64,000 nt of DNA from Girardia tigrina (Eukaryota): assembly GCA_001938485.1 (NCBI GenBank), contig MQRK01239584.1, positions 1-64,000 of the forward strand. Reading direction: 5' to 3'. Shown here one piece after another: positions 1-12,700 of the stretch. The notes under the pieces are model-generated. The model was not told the DNA's origin, searched no databases, and worked only from the letters and a program-made list of their open reading frames with translations. Every line of letters starts with the position of its first letter. Position 1 is the stretch's first letter. The position numbers were made by a program, and so were the translations under genes.

Positions 1-959
1 AATAAATTCTGAACATTAGTTGAATGGTGAATGAGAAGTGACGAGAACCCTTTTGGAGATGGTGCAGATCGACCATAGAATGCATAGGGGCACGTGGTTC
101 GATCGTCGCTTATTTTCTTGAGGCTCTTCTCGTTCANNNNNNNNNNNNNNNNNNNNNNNNNNNNNNNNNNNNNNNNNNNNNNNNNNNNNNNNNNNNNNNN
201 NNNNNNNNNNNNNNNNNNNNNNNNNNNNNNNNNNNNNNNNNNNNNNNNNNNNNNNNNNNNNNNNNNNNNNNNNNNNNNNNNNNNNNNNNNNNNNNNNNNN
301 NNNNNNNNNNNNNNNNATAAGAAGACAGAGAGTAATCACCGAGGGGAGTATGAAGGGATACAAGATAAGTGTGAGTTGCCGTTTAACTCAGGAAAGCGGA
401 TGGGGGCTCAGGGCCAACGAAGGTGTCTTAAAACGGAGGGAACACGACAGTTTCCATAGAAACGCACCCCCTGGGGGCTGTTCTTGAACTATCATTTTTC
501 GCCAAATACCATATGGTTTTCAGGCAACCTGAATTATTTATTAAAACTGATTTAAAGCTAATGTATAAGCGTTAAGAGCAATGATACAAATGTTATGAAA
601 ACATTTATTAAAATCTTATTTAAAGTCATCTTAACTCTTGGAAGATCTTTCACAAATTGACATCACCCTCACTGGTTTTTATTTCTGTTTTTTTAATAAT
701 AATTATTCAAATAATTTTTCTTTACTTGTTCTATAATAATTTATATTATTTTTAATTTCAAAAATTTTAGAGCTCCTTTAAAAACCTCATAATTAACATT
801 AAACTATTTAAACATTATTTATCAAATTAAAAATGCATTTAAATTTGAATTTCATTATATCATTAAACTTTCGGTGAACAAATATATTATAAAAACTCAA
901 CTTTGAAATTTAAATATTATAGAAATATGTTTTAATTAAAATATTGTAAATTTCGAGGA

Positions 960-1620
960 TCATTTGAACATCTTAGAGGGCCTTAAATAATGTTTGATAA
1001 TCATATTTTAGCTATTCGTGAGAAATGAGATAAGACGGTGTCATGAACAAGAATAGAATTATTTCTGTTGAATTTGTGATTTTTGAAGGTCTTTTTATCT
1101 TAGTACTGCAGAATTTTTATCGTTTTGTGCAAGATTTAGGAAGTTATAGTTGCTCACTTCAACTGCTGACTACCAAACAGTTATCATAATCTTTTGTCGG
1201 TGTTTTCATTGAATATGGTTAGAAAAAAATTGAACCCTAAACCTGGTTTAGCAGGAAGCTTTCGAAGTGTAACGTGTGATTCAGGTTCAATTATTGCTTG
1301 CCATTGATCGTTATCAATTGTAGAAATCCGTTTACAACTACCTTCATCTTTAAGGTTCTCATTCCACTAACTTAACCAAATGTATGGTCAATATTGCGAG
1401 CTATTTCTGTTACTATGCATCTCCGTTTCAACTCGTACGAAAAATCACTCAAATATTTTTACATAATATATACCATTAGATAATTTATAAAAACCTATTT
1501 AGACTTATTGCAGTCTTTTAAGCTTCTATTCTACACTTGAAAGTTTTGAAGGTATTTATTGTACTGTTGTAAAAATAGGGGGTGATTTTTTCTAGATACG
1601 CTAAATATGCGGGAGGTTGT
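960..1620 (-). mobile_element. Degenerate mariner transposase remnant
   Basis: Minus-strand fragments VIFSYELKR..TEIARNIDHTFG, NLKDEGS..IDNDQWQAIIE and KIMITVW resemble mariner transposase; many stops; boundaries approximate. Confidence 0.6.
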
Positions 1621-1753
1621 TGTTTAAATGAACATTTTGTGGGCTTATAAAACATTTATTTGTAATATATCAACAAAGAATAGCTTTTTAATATCAGTAT
1701 TCATTATTACATTATTTTTTTATTTAATATTATTAAAACTACTTTTTTTGTAG

Positions 1754-1872
1754 TCTTTTGTGGTGATTTCGTCCGACAAGACAATATTCCGATTCAGCAC
1801 AACGAAGTCCTTTTTTTTACTCGCACCTTTGAATCCAATAAGAAAAGGAGCGATTCGAATATTAACTCATCC
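1754..1872 (+). CDS. Nav1: Nav exon: N-terminal region ([15 protein letters not shown]...IRILTHP)
   Basis: AG acceptor at 1752-1753; matches the Nav TF.V...KTIFRFS motif; ends at a U12 donor ATATCCTT. Confidence 0.93.
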
Positions 1873-4800
1873 ATATCCTTTTATGACTTCCTTTACTAAT
1901 TTACTGATTTTTAAAAGCTTAAAAATAAATAAATTGAATATTTATTGATACAATGGAGTTGAACTTCAAATTGGAAGAGCTCCTAAAGAACCCGAAGAAT
2001 TAATGAATCGGTTCCACCGAGTTATTATATTAATATTTGTCAAAGCGGGTTTTCGGGTAAAATATAATCTGTGTTTCGGAAACTCACTTAGAATTTAGAT
2101 TAATATAAGAAAACTGTATTTTAATGCAATAACAAAGAACAGAATGGGCTGAAAAAAGTTTGACGACATCACAATTACAACGTGAAAGGGATGGAGAGGT
2201 AGAACAACAAACTAAAAGAATTAAGTTACTTAAAATAGATTTTGTCTCAAAAGTACGAGATAACTAAATGCATTATTGAATGAGAGGATTGATTTTCACC
2301 GACTTGAGTGTTAGAACAAATAGCTGATAATTGAGATTTGTTTGTGATGTAGATAAAATTGGAATGTTTTCGGAATTTGATTTGTTATTTGAGGTAACGG
2401 TCCATTGGAAATAGTTTATTTAAAATTAAGAAGATTCATTGAGAGGTATAATATTGAAAAATAGTCATAATGTTTTTCTAGATTTAAAATCTTGAAAAAT
2501 TTACGATAGAAATCTAAATTTAACACGAATTGTCAAGACTATAAATCTTATATTAATATATTAATTTTTTATTGATTTTTTTACTAATTATTGTTAATAG
2601 TTATACATGTAATTTTAATACATATACATCTTTACTTGGTGTTGGACGCAGATATTCATATGGGTCTGCGTCTCGGAACAATGACCTAGGCATTACACAT
2701 AGTCTAGGTTGACTTTCGCGCTTTCCCTAATTGGGCAAGTCGAACACTTAATTTTTTTTAGTAATTTTTCTGTAATTGCATGAAACTAAATGTGAGGGGA
2801 AAGAATTGAAGTTTCAAACAGGGACAATACACGAATTGTAATAATGAATTCCATGGTCTGGCACCAATAGAGCATCATTTAAATATAATTTGCTGATAAA
2901 GACATTATAAAGAGATCTATACATCGCAGTGAGTTCATTTCAATTTCTATACAAAACAAGAAATCAAAGAAATGAGTCACTCTGGACCATATGCACCTTG
3001 ATCACCTGTTCAATAGTTTAGATTAATCCGACTAATTTCAAGCCCATTAGAAATCACAAGATGAATTTACTAGAGTAAAACGTTTAGTACAATTCCGACA
3101 TGAGGGACACTAAAAATAGTTTTTCATGAGCGTCGTCCGGTTTTTTTCTAACAGGCAGAAGAAGATAGGTAGCTCGCGAACAGAAGTGTCTGAAGAGAGA
3201 TATGAGTTTTATTGAGAAATGATAGCTACTTATGTTTTTTATGTTGTAGAAAGGACTTGTTCATGAAATAGCTTTCTTTAGCAGATTGAGAAACTATTGA
3301 AAGCCCCTCGTATATATGTTTTTTTAATTTTAATTGAGATTTTACTATATGATTCAAAAAAGTCATAACTAAAGTAAAGTAAGTATTGATTGTTGTTGTT
3401 GCAAATCTATTTAGAATCAATTTAAATGTTTTGTTCTGATTTTAAAGAAATATTTTAATCAACAGACAACAATTTATCAATATGCACGATTCTCGAATGT
3501 ATTTGAAATGTTTTTATACATTTAGTAAATATTTGTGCCGCCGAGAAAGTTGCTCAATGGTTTGAAGAAAATTGGATTGCTAGATTCGGACCACCTATAA
3601 AATTAATAACAGACTAAGGCCGACAGTTTGAATCAGACCTTTTTAAATCAATGTGTCAGAAATATAAAATATCAAAAAACACGAATATCAGCATATAATC
3701 CTCAATGTAACGGTAAAATAGAGAGATTCCACAAAGAACTAAAAGAAAAATTAAGAACTATGAGCAACAATGATAACTGGTTAAAACAATTACCACAAAC
3801 TCTTTTAGCACTCCGTTAAAAAATATGCAAAAGAACAGGAAATCCCCACTTTCAAATCTCACCGGAAAAGAAAGGAATCAATTAATAGAACAACCAAAGC
3901 GATTGACAAATAAATATATAAAAACAATACCGGAAAATACGGTAGCTTTCATTAAAAGAAGTACAGCAAGTAATTTTGAAAAACGTTATGAAGGACCTTT
4001 CGAAATCAAATTTCTAGCTAATAATTGTGCCCTGTTAAACATCAATGGAAAAGATACCTTTAAAAAAAGAAGTCTAAAAAGAAACGGAAAAAATAAGTTA
4101 AAGGATTATCTTTGAAAATTAAAAAACAAAAGAATATATAAATAAAAAATCAATAAACCAATAGATTAAGGTAATTAATTACCACGAATTATTAGAATTA
4201 ACTGGAATACTTTGGACGGTGGTCTTTTGTGATTTCATTTACCGAATTTAATTTCAAAGCTCTATTTCCTATCAATACAAGAAGAAAGAAGAAGAAAGAA
4301 GCTATGCGACGAAAGTATAACGAAATAACAACATTATCTTTATCCTTAACTGATTACTTACGGTTGTATCAAGTACCTATTAATATTTTGTAGTTATACT
4401 GTTTTTTTAATTATAACTATACTTAAATATTATATTTTTTTACTATTTAATTAATAAAATATACTAAAAGTAATTTCAACAGAATATTTTTTATTGTTGA
4501 AATTGCTTTTATAATAATTGGGAATAAAAAGGACTGAGAAAATCCGGGACCTGCAGTTGTCATGATGGAATATTGTAGTATAACGTTTGAAAGAAGGTGA
4601 CCATATTGTGAGGTATTATGAGGAATCTATCCGAAGATTCAGAATAAGGATTGTAAAGTTGAATTATTTTAATAATAGAAAATAAAAAATGGTGAAAGTT
4701 AATTAAAATTCATTTCAATAAAAAACAACAAGTAAATACATTTATATAATAATTAAAGTAAATGTTGGTCGTAATATCAGAATGTTTATTATTTCCATAC

Positions 4801-6522
4801 TACTCGAAGCATTTTACAGTATTTAGCTTTCTTGTCCTGACAACAATTATCATTAATTGCGTTTTTATGGCCCAAAATAGTAATAACGAAATAATTGAGT
4901 AAGAAACCTTTCTTACCAACAAAATTCACGTATTTACTTATTTGATTAGATACATTTTTACGGCAATATACACAATGGAATTCGCCATCAAAGCCTTGTC
5001 GAGGGGACTCATTGTTAATGAGTTTACCTATTTGAGGGATGCATGGAACTGGCTCGACTTTATCGTCATTGGATTAGCGTAAGACTTATTATTTTAAATA
5101 ATCAAACATTAAACTGAAGTTGAAATTTACTAAACTTTTAAAACTTTTTAGGTATCTGATGTTTTTCTTCCCGGTTTTGGGGAACTTGTCAGCATTGCGG
5201 TCACTTCGGGTATTGAGGGCATTGAAAACTGTAACCACAGTCCCAGGTAATTATGATTTTTAAATAAAAAAATAATCTGTCCGATATAATTGTAATATCA
5301 ATAAAATATTTTGATCAACAATTCTAATCTTATAAGTCAGAAAAAAGATAAAGAAGCAAAAGAAGAGTTAGTTATCGATGAAAAAGAAATAAATGGATTT
5401 TTAGATTTATGATGGGAGTAAATAATAATGCCAACATTATACTTGGTAAGTTGTGTTTTGACGTTAATTATAGGCTAAAGGAAGATAAGGAAAATCTTAT
5501 AAAGTATTATAGGGTTAAATAACTTCTCCTGAGAATTTCTTCAATTGAACGAGGTTGTATTGACATTGTGAAATAAATATCTTTGGTTTATGGTAATATC
5601 AAATTATCGTTTCAGGACTACATAACAGTAAATTGTAACAACTGTTGTCAATGGAGGACCCATTCACCAGATGAAATTGTGATGCATGTACATTCGAGTC
5701 CAAAATTAAAATAATCAGTACAGATTTCGGACAGTAAAGTATAAGGATCATTTGTTTTCGATGAGAACACAATTAATACTGCTATCTATAAAAATGTTTG
5801 AGAAATATGTAAATGAAATAAATATTTTAAATGTTTTCGGTATTCAAATCAACTTCAGCGTTAACTTTATTTAATTATCTGAATCCAAACAACAAAAGGT
5901 TCATCCAATACAAATGCATGACAAGTGAAACAAATTATTCAATAACAATTTATTATCAATAAATGATTCTAGCACAAAGCTTTTTATGATTTATTTAAGT
6001 TTTCAACAATCCATTAGAGAGCAGCTCAGCTTCGTTATGATCATTTATAAAACACCTCGTATCACAAAGCTTAATAGTATCCATTTATCATTATCAATTA
6101 TCACTACGGAGTACAAAGCTTTATAGAAATCAGCTATCAATAAATCGACATAGACCGAACACAGAGATTGCTCTACTAATCACTTATTTAGTCCGAGAGT
6201 TATCTGTGAAATAATTGTCATAAACTAGGTCGCTTTCTCTATTACAGGATACCTCACCGTGGTTTAATACTTTAATTGATTTTGGAATTTAACTAAAATT
6301 CAAAATTAAGTATTTTTTGCTGAAAGCATTTTGCATATGCTTGTTAAAAAATAGTTTAAAAATTTTTGAAGTTTTATTTTGTTGTTTAAATTTTAAAATA
6401 AAATGTTTTCTATATATCGAAGCCAAAGATATGTAAGAGACTTTTGAATAACCCTTTATGTATCACATTTTCCCTTTTTACTTATATTATATAATTGTGC
6501 TTTCTAAGTGCTTGTTTTAGCG

Positions 6523-6558
<36 letters not shown>

Positions 6559-9500
6559 NNNNNNNNNNNNNNNNNNNNNNNNNNNNNTGTGTGTGTGTGT
6601 GTGTGTGTGTTATGCTGAATTTGTGTAATTGTCGAATTTATGAACTAGTCAATTTTTGCCGATTTCAATATTTATATGAAAAATTTTAATTTTAGAATGA
6701 AAATTTCTCAATTTAAAATGAAAGATTACGCATTTAATATTAAAAAATATCAGTTTAATATGAAAAAATATCAATTTAATATGAAAAAAATCAAATTAAC
6801 GTAAAATTCTTTATTTAATATGAAAAAAAATATGTATTTAGTATGAAAAATTATCAATTTAATACGATAAAATATTTATTTAATATCAAAAATACTGTAT
6901 TCAATATGACAAAAATATCAATTTATCATTAAAAATTACCATTGTAATATGAAACAATAAATTACATATCAAAAAAATCTTAATTTATTATGCAAAATAG
7001 ATTCCTAATGTAACATTTTTATTCATAGTTATTAAAACTTCTTCCTGTGGTGGCAAGCTGAATTGCAAACGTTTGTATTTTAAAAGCATTTTTTCATATG
7101 AAAGATTTTTTGTATTAAAAACATAATTTTCTTATTAAATCGATATTTTTTTATATTAAATTGATATTTTTTTCATATTGAATCGATATTTTTCATATTA
7201 AATCTTTAATTTTTCATATTAAATCTTTAATTTTTCATATCAAAACGATTTTTTTGTATTAAAAACATAATTTTCTCATTGAATCGGTACTTTTTCGTAT
7301 TAAATCAATATTTTTTCAAATTAAATTATTTTTTTCATAATAAATAAATTGTGATTATTAATTTGTCTAATTATTCTAAAAATATTGTAAATATTAAATA
7401 AATTCTACTTATTGATAATATGAATTCTGTAGTGAAACCTGGAGATAACTGGCGACCACGCTGGTGTTCCAATAAAAGTTTTGAGGCTTCCTAAACTAGA
7501 ACTTTCATCAATCTTTAAGGAAACCCTCTAAAAGAAAATGAAGTAGTACAATGGAGTGGATTCTGAAGAAGGTCAAATATGGTATAGAGACATATGCCAA
7601 TGCTCAGAATTTTTTGGGTTAACATTCTCGGAAATGTGTAACTATTTGTTGATAGATGAAGCGAAAATTCTTTAAGGGAATGCAACAGAAGAGGGTAAGA
7701 AACCAATGTCAGGTGTGGAATCCAAAAATTGGTCCCAGAAAACATTTAGAAAGAAAGTACCGCTGTTGGAAGAATTGGACAAACTAAACCAAATTTGTCA
7801 AGGTGAGAATGAAAGATTCTTAACATTCGAATTAAGGGTTCGGAAAACAATTGAAAATTTTAGGAAACACAGCGATGAAGAAATTTTGAATGAACTTTTG
7901 AAAAAGCGGATAAAATCTCAAGTTCTGAAGGATCGATTTGTTTTCAAACCTAACATATCGGTGGACGAAATGAGAGCGGAAACTAAGATTTATGAGAACA
8001 ACATATCAAAAGAAGAAAAAAATTATGTTTTAGTCGTCAAAACATCGTATGCAGAAATGGCAAATGAAGACAAACATCAAGTTAGAAGATATGAGAATCC
8101 TGAACATAGAAGAAATACAACTCGATATTTTGATTCACATGAACTGATCAGTATACAACCCCGTTTCAGTTTTCTTTCTGTAAATCTCCGTCTCATAACG
8201 TCCGTTTTTTCTCTCAATTAATAAATCAAGAAAAGAAAATTTCTTATCTTGTTCTTTCTCCATAGAAGATATAGCAAAGGAGATATAACTTCACAACACT
8301 TTAAAATTATGTGCACTCAATTTAAAAATTATTGGGAGAGAGTGACATGTGAAGCGTTATATATAAGATCTTTGGATCCTGAAATTAACGTTCAAACTGC
8401 ACTCTCTACAACTTTGTTGAGAGTTTTTAAATGATGTACTGATTACGTTTTGATTGCGTAATCATTAACTGCACTATATAGGTAAATTTCGTTTGAAAAA
8501 TCATTTGTTCTGACGATGACGGTTAAACCGTCGAAATTAATAAATATTTTCAATTGGCTTTCGAATTTTGATTTTAATAATATGACAATTTTTTTCCTCT
8601 TTAAATAATCGTTATTTAATTTGTGGAAAAAGTGGACATAGTTTCAGAAAATGTAATCATATTAAGATTGTTAATGTAGTATGCATTAAGGATGTCTACA
8701 GTATGATTCATAAGTCTGTTCAGCCCCTCATATTTTGATTACTTATTTTCTAACTAAAAGTTTTACGTCATATTAATTTTGAATATTTGTTTATATATAG
8801 TTTTTTTATGCTACACATTTGAATTTATACTTTAAATATTGAAATTTTCATTAATAACTTATTTTTTATATTTTAGATAAATTAAATGTCGAGAGTATTT
8901 AGTAAATTTTAGCGTGGAATTATTGTTGCGCTTAAAAATGCAGGAAGTACATATAATCAAATAAAGGTCGAACTAATTACAAGATATAATAGAAATATTT
9001 CAAAACGTGGAATGCAAAAAAAAGGGCGAAGTATTTAAAAACAGGAGAAGTGAAAGATCAGCCACGTGGATGCAGACCTCATAAACTAAGCGCCAGATCA
9101 GAACGAGTGATTAAACGCATAAGTCGTTTAAAGAATGATATTTCCACGTTAAATATTACATGGATATTTAATTCTTATTCCTCAATTGCCATAAGTAAGT
9201 CGACAATCGAAAGGATTTTACAGAAATATGGAATACGGGCATTCAAAGCTGTAAAGAAACCTTTCATTGCCGCTAAACAGAGACAAAGAAGAATGCAGTG
9301 GACTTCATTTATATCGCTGCACCAATTGGAACTACAGAATCTGAAAGATGGAAACATAATTCGTCGAAGAATTGAGTGGATTAAGAAATAACGAATTATA
9401 TAAAAGAGGGGAAAGTTGTGATTATTAATTTGTTTAAGTATTCTAAAAAGATTGTAAATATTAAATAAATTCTACTAGTTGATATTATGAATTCCAAAGT

Positions 9501-9651
9501 GAAACCTGGAGATTTAACTAAATACAAAAATTTTCATATTAAATACATATTTTTTATATTAAATATTAATATCAATTTCATAATTGAATTAAAAAAATGT
9601 TTTTAAAAATTTCCGAGTTCGTTAATTCGGTAATTACACAAATTCGGCATA

Positions 9652-9713
<62 letters not shown>

Positions 9714-12700
9714 TGCTGGAAAAAAAGTCTTTTGACAGTGCACCTTTTTGCGATTTTTAGTGAAAATATATTACCAAAAACAGTTTTTCAACCAAATTTT
9801 TTAATACAACCTTATAAACGTGTATTTTATCTATTTTAAGAAAAGAATTAATAGAGTGAGACTATTTAAGGATATTATGTGAGCATACATAATGCTTACA
9901 TAATAATATGTATGCATGACCATGTATACACATGTGAATATGTTCTTATATGTACAGTGCATGCAAAATAAGCTGGGTTACTTGTATTGCATATGATGCA
10001 TTATCCTTCTTTCTTCCATCATCAACCAATCAAATAGCGAATTTTTTTGCTATGCCTGGAAAACAAGTTGATCAAGAGATTCGAGGTGCTATTTTAGCCT
10101 TACACTGCAATACAAGTCTGTCAACAAGAGAAATTGCAGCTCAGTATGGAATTTCCCATCAATCTTTTGCCAATATAATCAAAAGATATGAATCCGAAGT
10201 CAATACTTCTATTAAAAGAAGATCAGGCAGGCCTAAAGCAACCACGCCCCGAGTTGATGCTCTAATAAGAAGGCAAGCAGTGAAGAATCCCTTTATTACT
10301 TCTGCTCAAATGAAGCGCAATCTGACAGTGCAGTGCAGCAATGTTGCTACACGTACAATAAGAAATCGCCTGTGCAAAAAATTTAAAATGCCGGCCCGTA
10401 AAGCTGTGAAAAAAACCAATCATTACAAGTGCAATGAGAAAGAAGCGATTACAATTTTGTGAAAAATACAATAATTATACGATTGAACAGTGGAAAAAAG
10501 TCATGTTCAGTGATGAAAGCTCATTCCAAATCAACAATTGCCCAAATCAGACAGTTTGAAGACCAGTTGGCTCATCACCGATGAACCCAAGGTACACAAA
10601 GAAGACTAGCAAGCATCCAGCTTCTGTCATGTTTTGGGGCTGTTTTCCCCACAATGACCGAGATGGCTTACACTTCTCAATTCAAACCAAAGACTCAATA
10701 CTGATGGTTATATCAAGATTTTAGAAGAGAAGTTGGCTCATTTTATGTGCGTCCATGGTTGTGCAATTTTCCAGCAAGACAATGCCCCTTGCTATTGTTC
10801 AAAAAAGCGCTGAAATTGTTTCAGAACAACAACATTGAGCTGCTTGACTGACTATTCAAAGGCCAAGACCTGAATCCAATTGAACATCTGTTATCGAACA
10901 TGAAGAGGAAACTCAGTGAGATCGAAATAACATCTATAAGTCAATTAAAAGAGGACATCAAACGGGTATGGTGCCTAGAGACCATTGCAGAGGAGTTCCA
11001 GAAACTTACTGATAGCATGCCACGCCGTATCGAAGCTGTTATGCGAAAAAGAGGGTACCCAACCAAATATTGAACTCGATTGGCTTAAACTATGATCCTT
11101 TAACCCATTTTATCAATTCCTATTACTATTTTATTCATTTTATGCCATATTATCAAGATTAACTTTTAGCTTGATATTTTATCGTTTTTAAATAAAAGTG
11201 TATCATTCAATGATTTCTCTCTTTTGATTGAAATTAAAAAATCCTGGTATTAATTCTTAACTTAAAATAGATAAAATATACGTTTATAAGGTTGTATTCA
11301 AAATTGGGTTGAAAAACTGTTTTTGGTAATATATTTTCACTAAGAATCGCAAAAAAGTGCACTGTCAAAAGACTTTTTCCCAGCACTGTATATATATATA
11401 TATTATCTAGAACTGATAATGGCATTTTAAATAATAATAAAAAGAAAGGCCATTTTTGAATATTAAATTTATTCGCAATACATACGCGTTTCACCATTGC
11501 GGCATCTTCAGTGCAATGAAATAAAGTGATTAATTACTATTTATATAGTTGAAAAACTATTACATCATACGTCTCAAAAACATGCTTTTTTTCTTTTTTT
11601 TTAAAAAAAAGTATTTTAATGATATTTAAAAATATTTAAAAAACTTTAATATGATTAGATGAATCACCTTGCACGTTTAATGATGCTTTATTAACAATGC
11701 TTCGGCAATAATCCTTTCATAATTTGTGTCAAAATTATTTAAAATCACTTTAAAATCTTTATTGTAATCCATAAGATTACCTTTACATCTTTTAATATGG
11801 CTCAATATCGAAATATTTCTACATGATTGAGTATGTTCAGCAATTCTTGTGCGGAGATGACGACTTGTCTCTCCAATGTACAAGGCTTCGCATTTGTGAT
11901 ATTTAAATTGATAAACTAGATTTGCCTTAATACATAAAGGAGTTTTTGATTTGTTTGAAAAATAGTTCCGGCATTTATTAGTTACAAAGATTACTCTCAA
12001 TTTTAAGCCAACAGGTGTTCGATGTTCTAAAAATCATTTGAATTCTTTTGCTTGCTCTGAGTACGGTAATTTTAGATTGATAGTCATTTGATTATCAATA
12101 TCATTTCCCGAAGTTATATTTGATGTATTATTTGATTTTAAATAAATGGATTCAACAGTATCTTTTATGATTTTATTTAAATACTTTTTATTAAATCCAT
12201 TTTTAGAAAGTCTATTATGAAGTTCATCAACTTCATTATTAAATATCTCAAAGGTTGATGTTAAACTCCAGACTCTATGTACCAAAACTTTAATCATGTT
12301 CCTATTGTATTTTGGTTCAGAAAAACTGTTTGGACAACTGTACAAACTGGTATCAGTGGGTTTTCGATATATTCGAGTCTGATATTTATCTTTATTCTTT
12401 CAATTAATACGTCTAAAAATGATAGTTTATTAGTATTTTCCTTTTCAAAGGCAAACTTGATATTAGGGTGAAGACCACTATGCGTTATATTTGAAAAGAC
12501 CATTTTTCAAACAAATCAAAAACTCCTTTGTGTATTAAGGCAAATCTAGTTTATCAATTTAAATGTCACAAGTGCGAAGCCTTGTACATTGGAGAGACAA
12601 GTCGTCATCTCCGCACAAGAATTGCTGAACATACTCAATCATGTAGAAATATTTCGATATTGAGCCATATTAAAAGATGTAAAGGTAATCTTATGGATTA

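Larger units (their letters stand above)
1873..4817 (+). other. U12-type (minor spliceosome) AT-AC intron
   Basis: 5' end ATATCCTTTT, 3' end TTTTAC. This junction restores ILTHP|VFSFLV and sits at the position of the conserved AT-AC intron of vertebrate SCN genes. Confidence 0.9.
7347..9519 (+). mobile_element. Internally deleted Ty3/Gypsy LTR retrotransposon
   Basis: LTRs 7347-7450 and 9414-9519, 5-bp TSD AAATA, PBS TGGCGACCAC, PPT AAAAGAGGGGAA, gag-like ORF 7706-8221, integrase tail [16 protein letters not shown]. Confidence 0.85.
6588..9674. mobile_element. Non-autonomous foldback element with (TG)n/(CA)n tips, inserted in (TA)n and interrupted by a Gypsy element
   Basis: Left (TG)n-TTATGCTGAATTTGTGTAATT is the inverse of right AATTACACAAATTCGGCATAA-(CA)n. 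Internal AT-rich ~21 bp repeats flip orientation near 7050. Left junction lies in an N gap. Confidence 0.7.

Noticed and set aside
16-459. ORFs spanning N gaps (also 45215-45556 and 55298-55483)
   Set aside because: Open only because of the N runs
4358-4470. Decayed duplicate of the domain I S1 exon (VFLIITILK)
   Set aside because: AT-rich DNA yields F/L/I runs by chance; no nucleotide similarity and no donor
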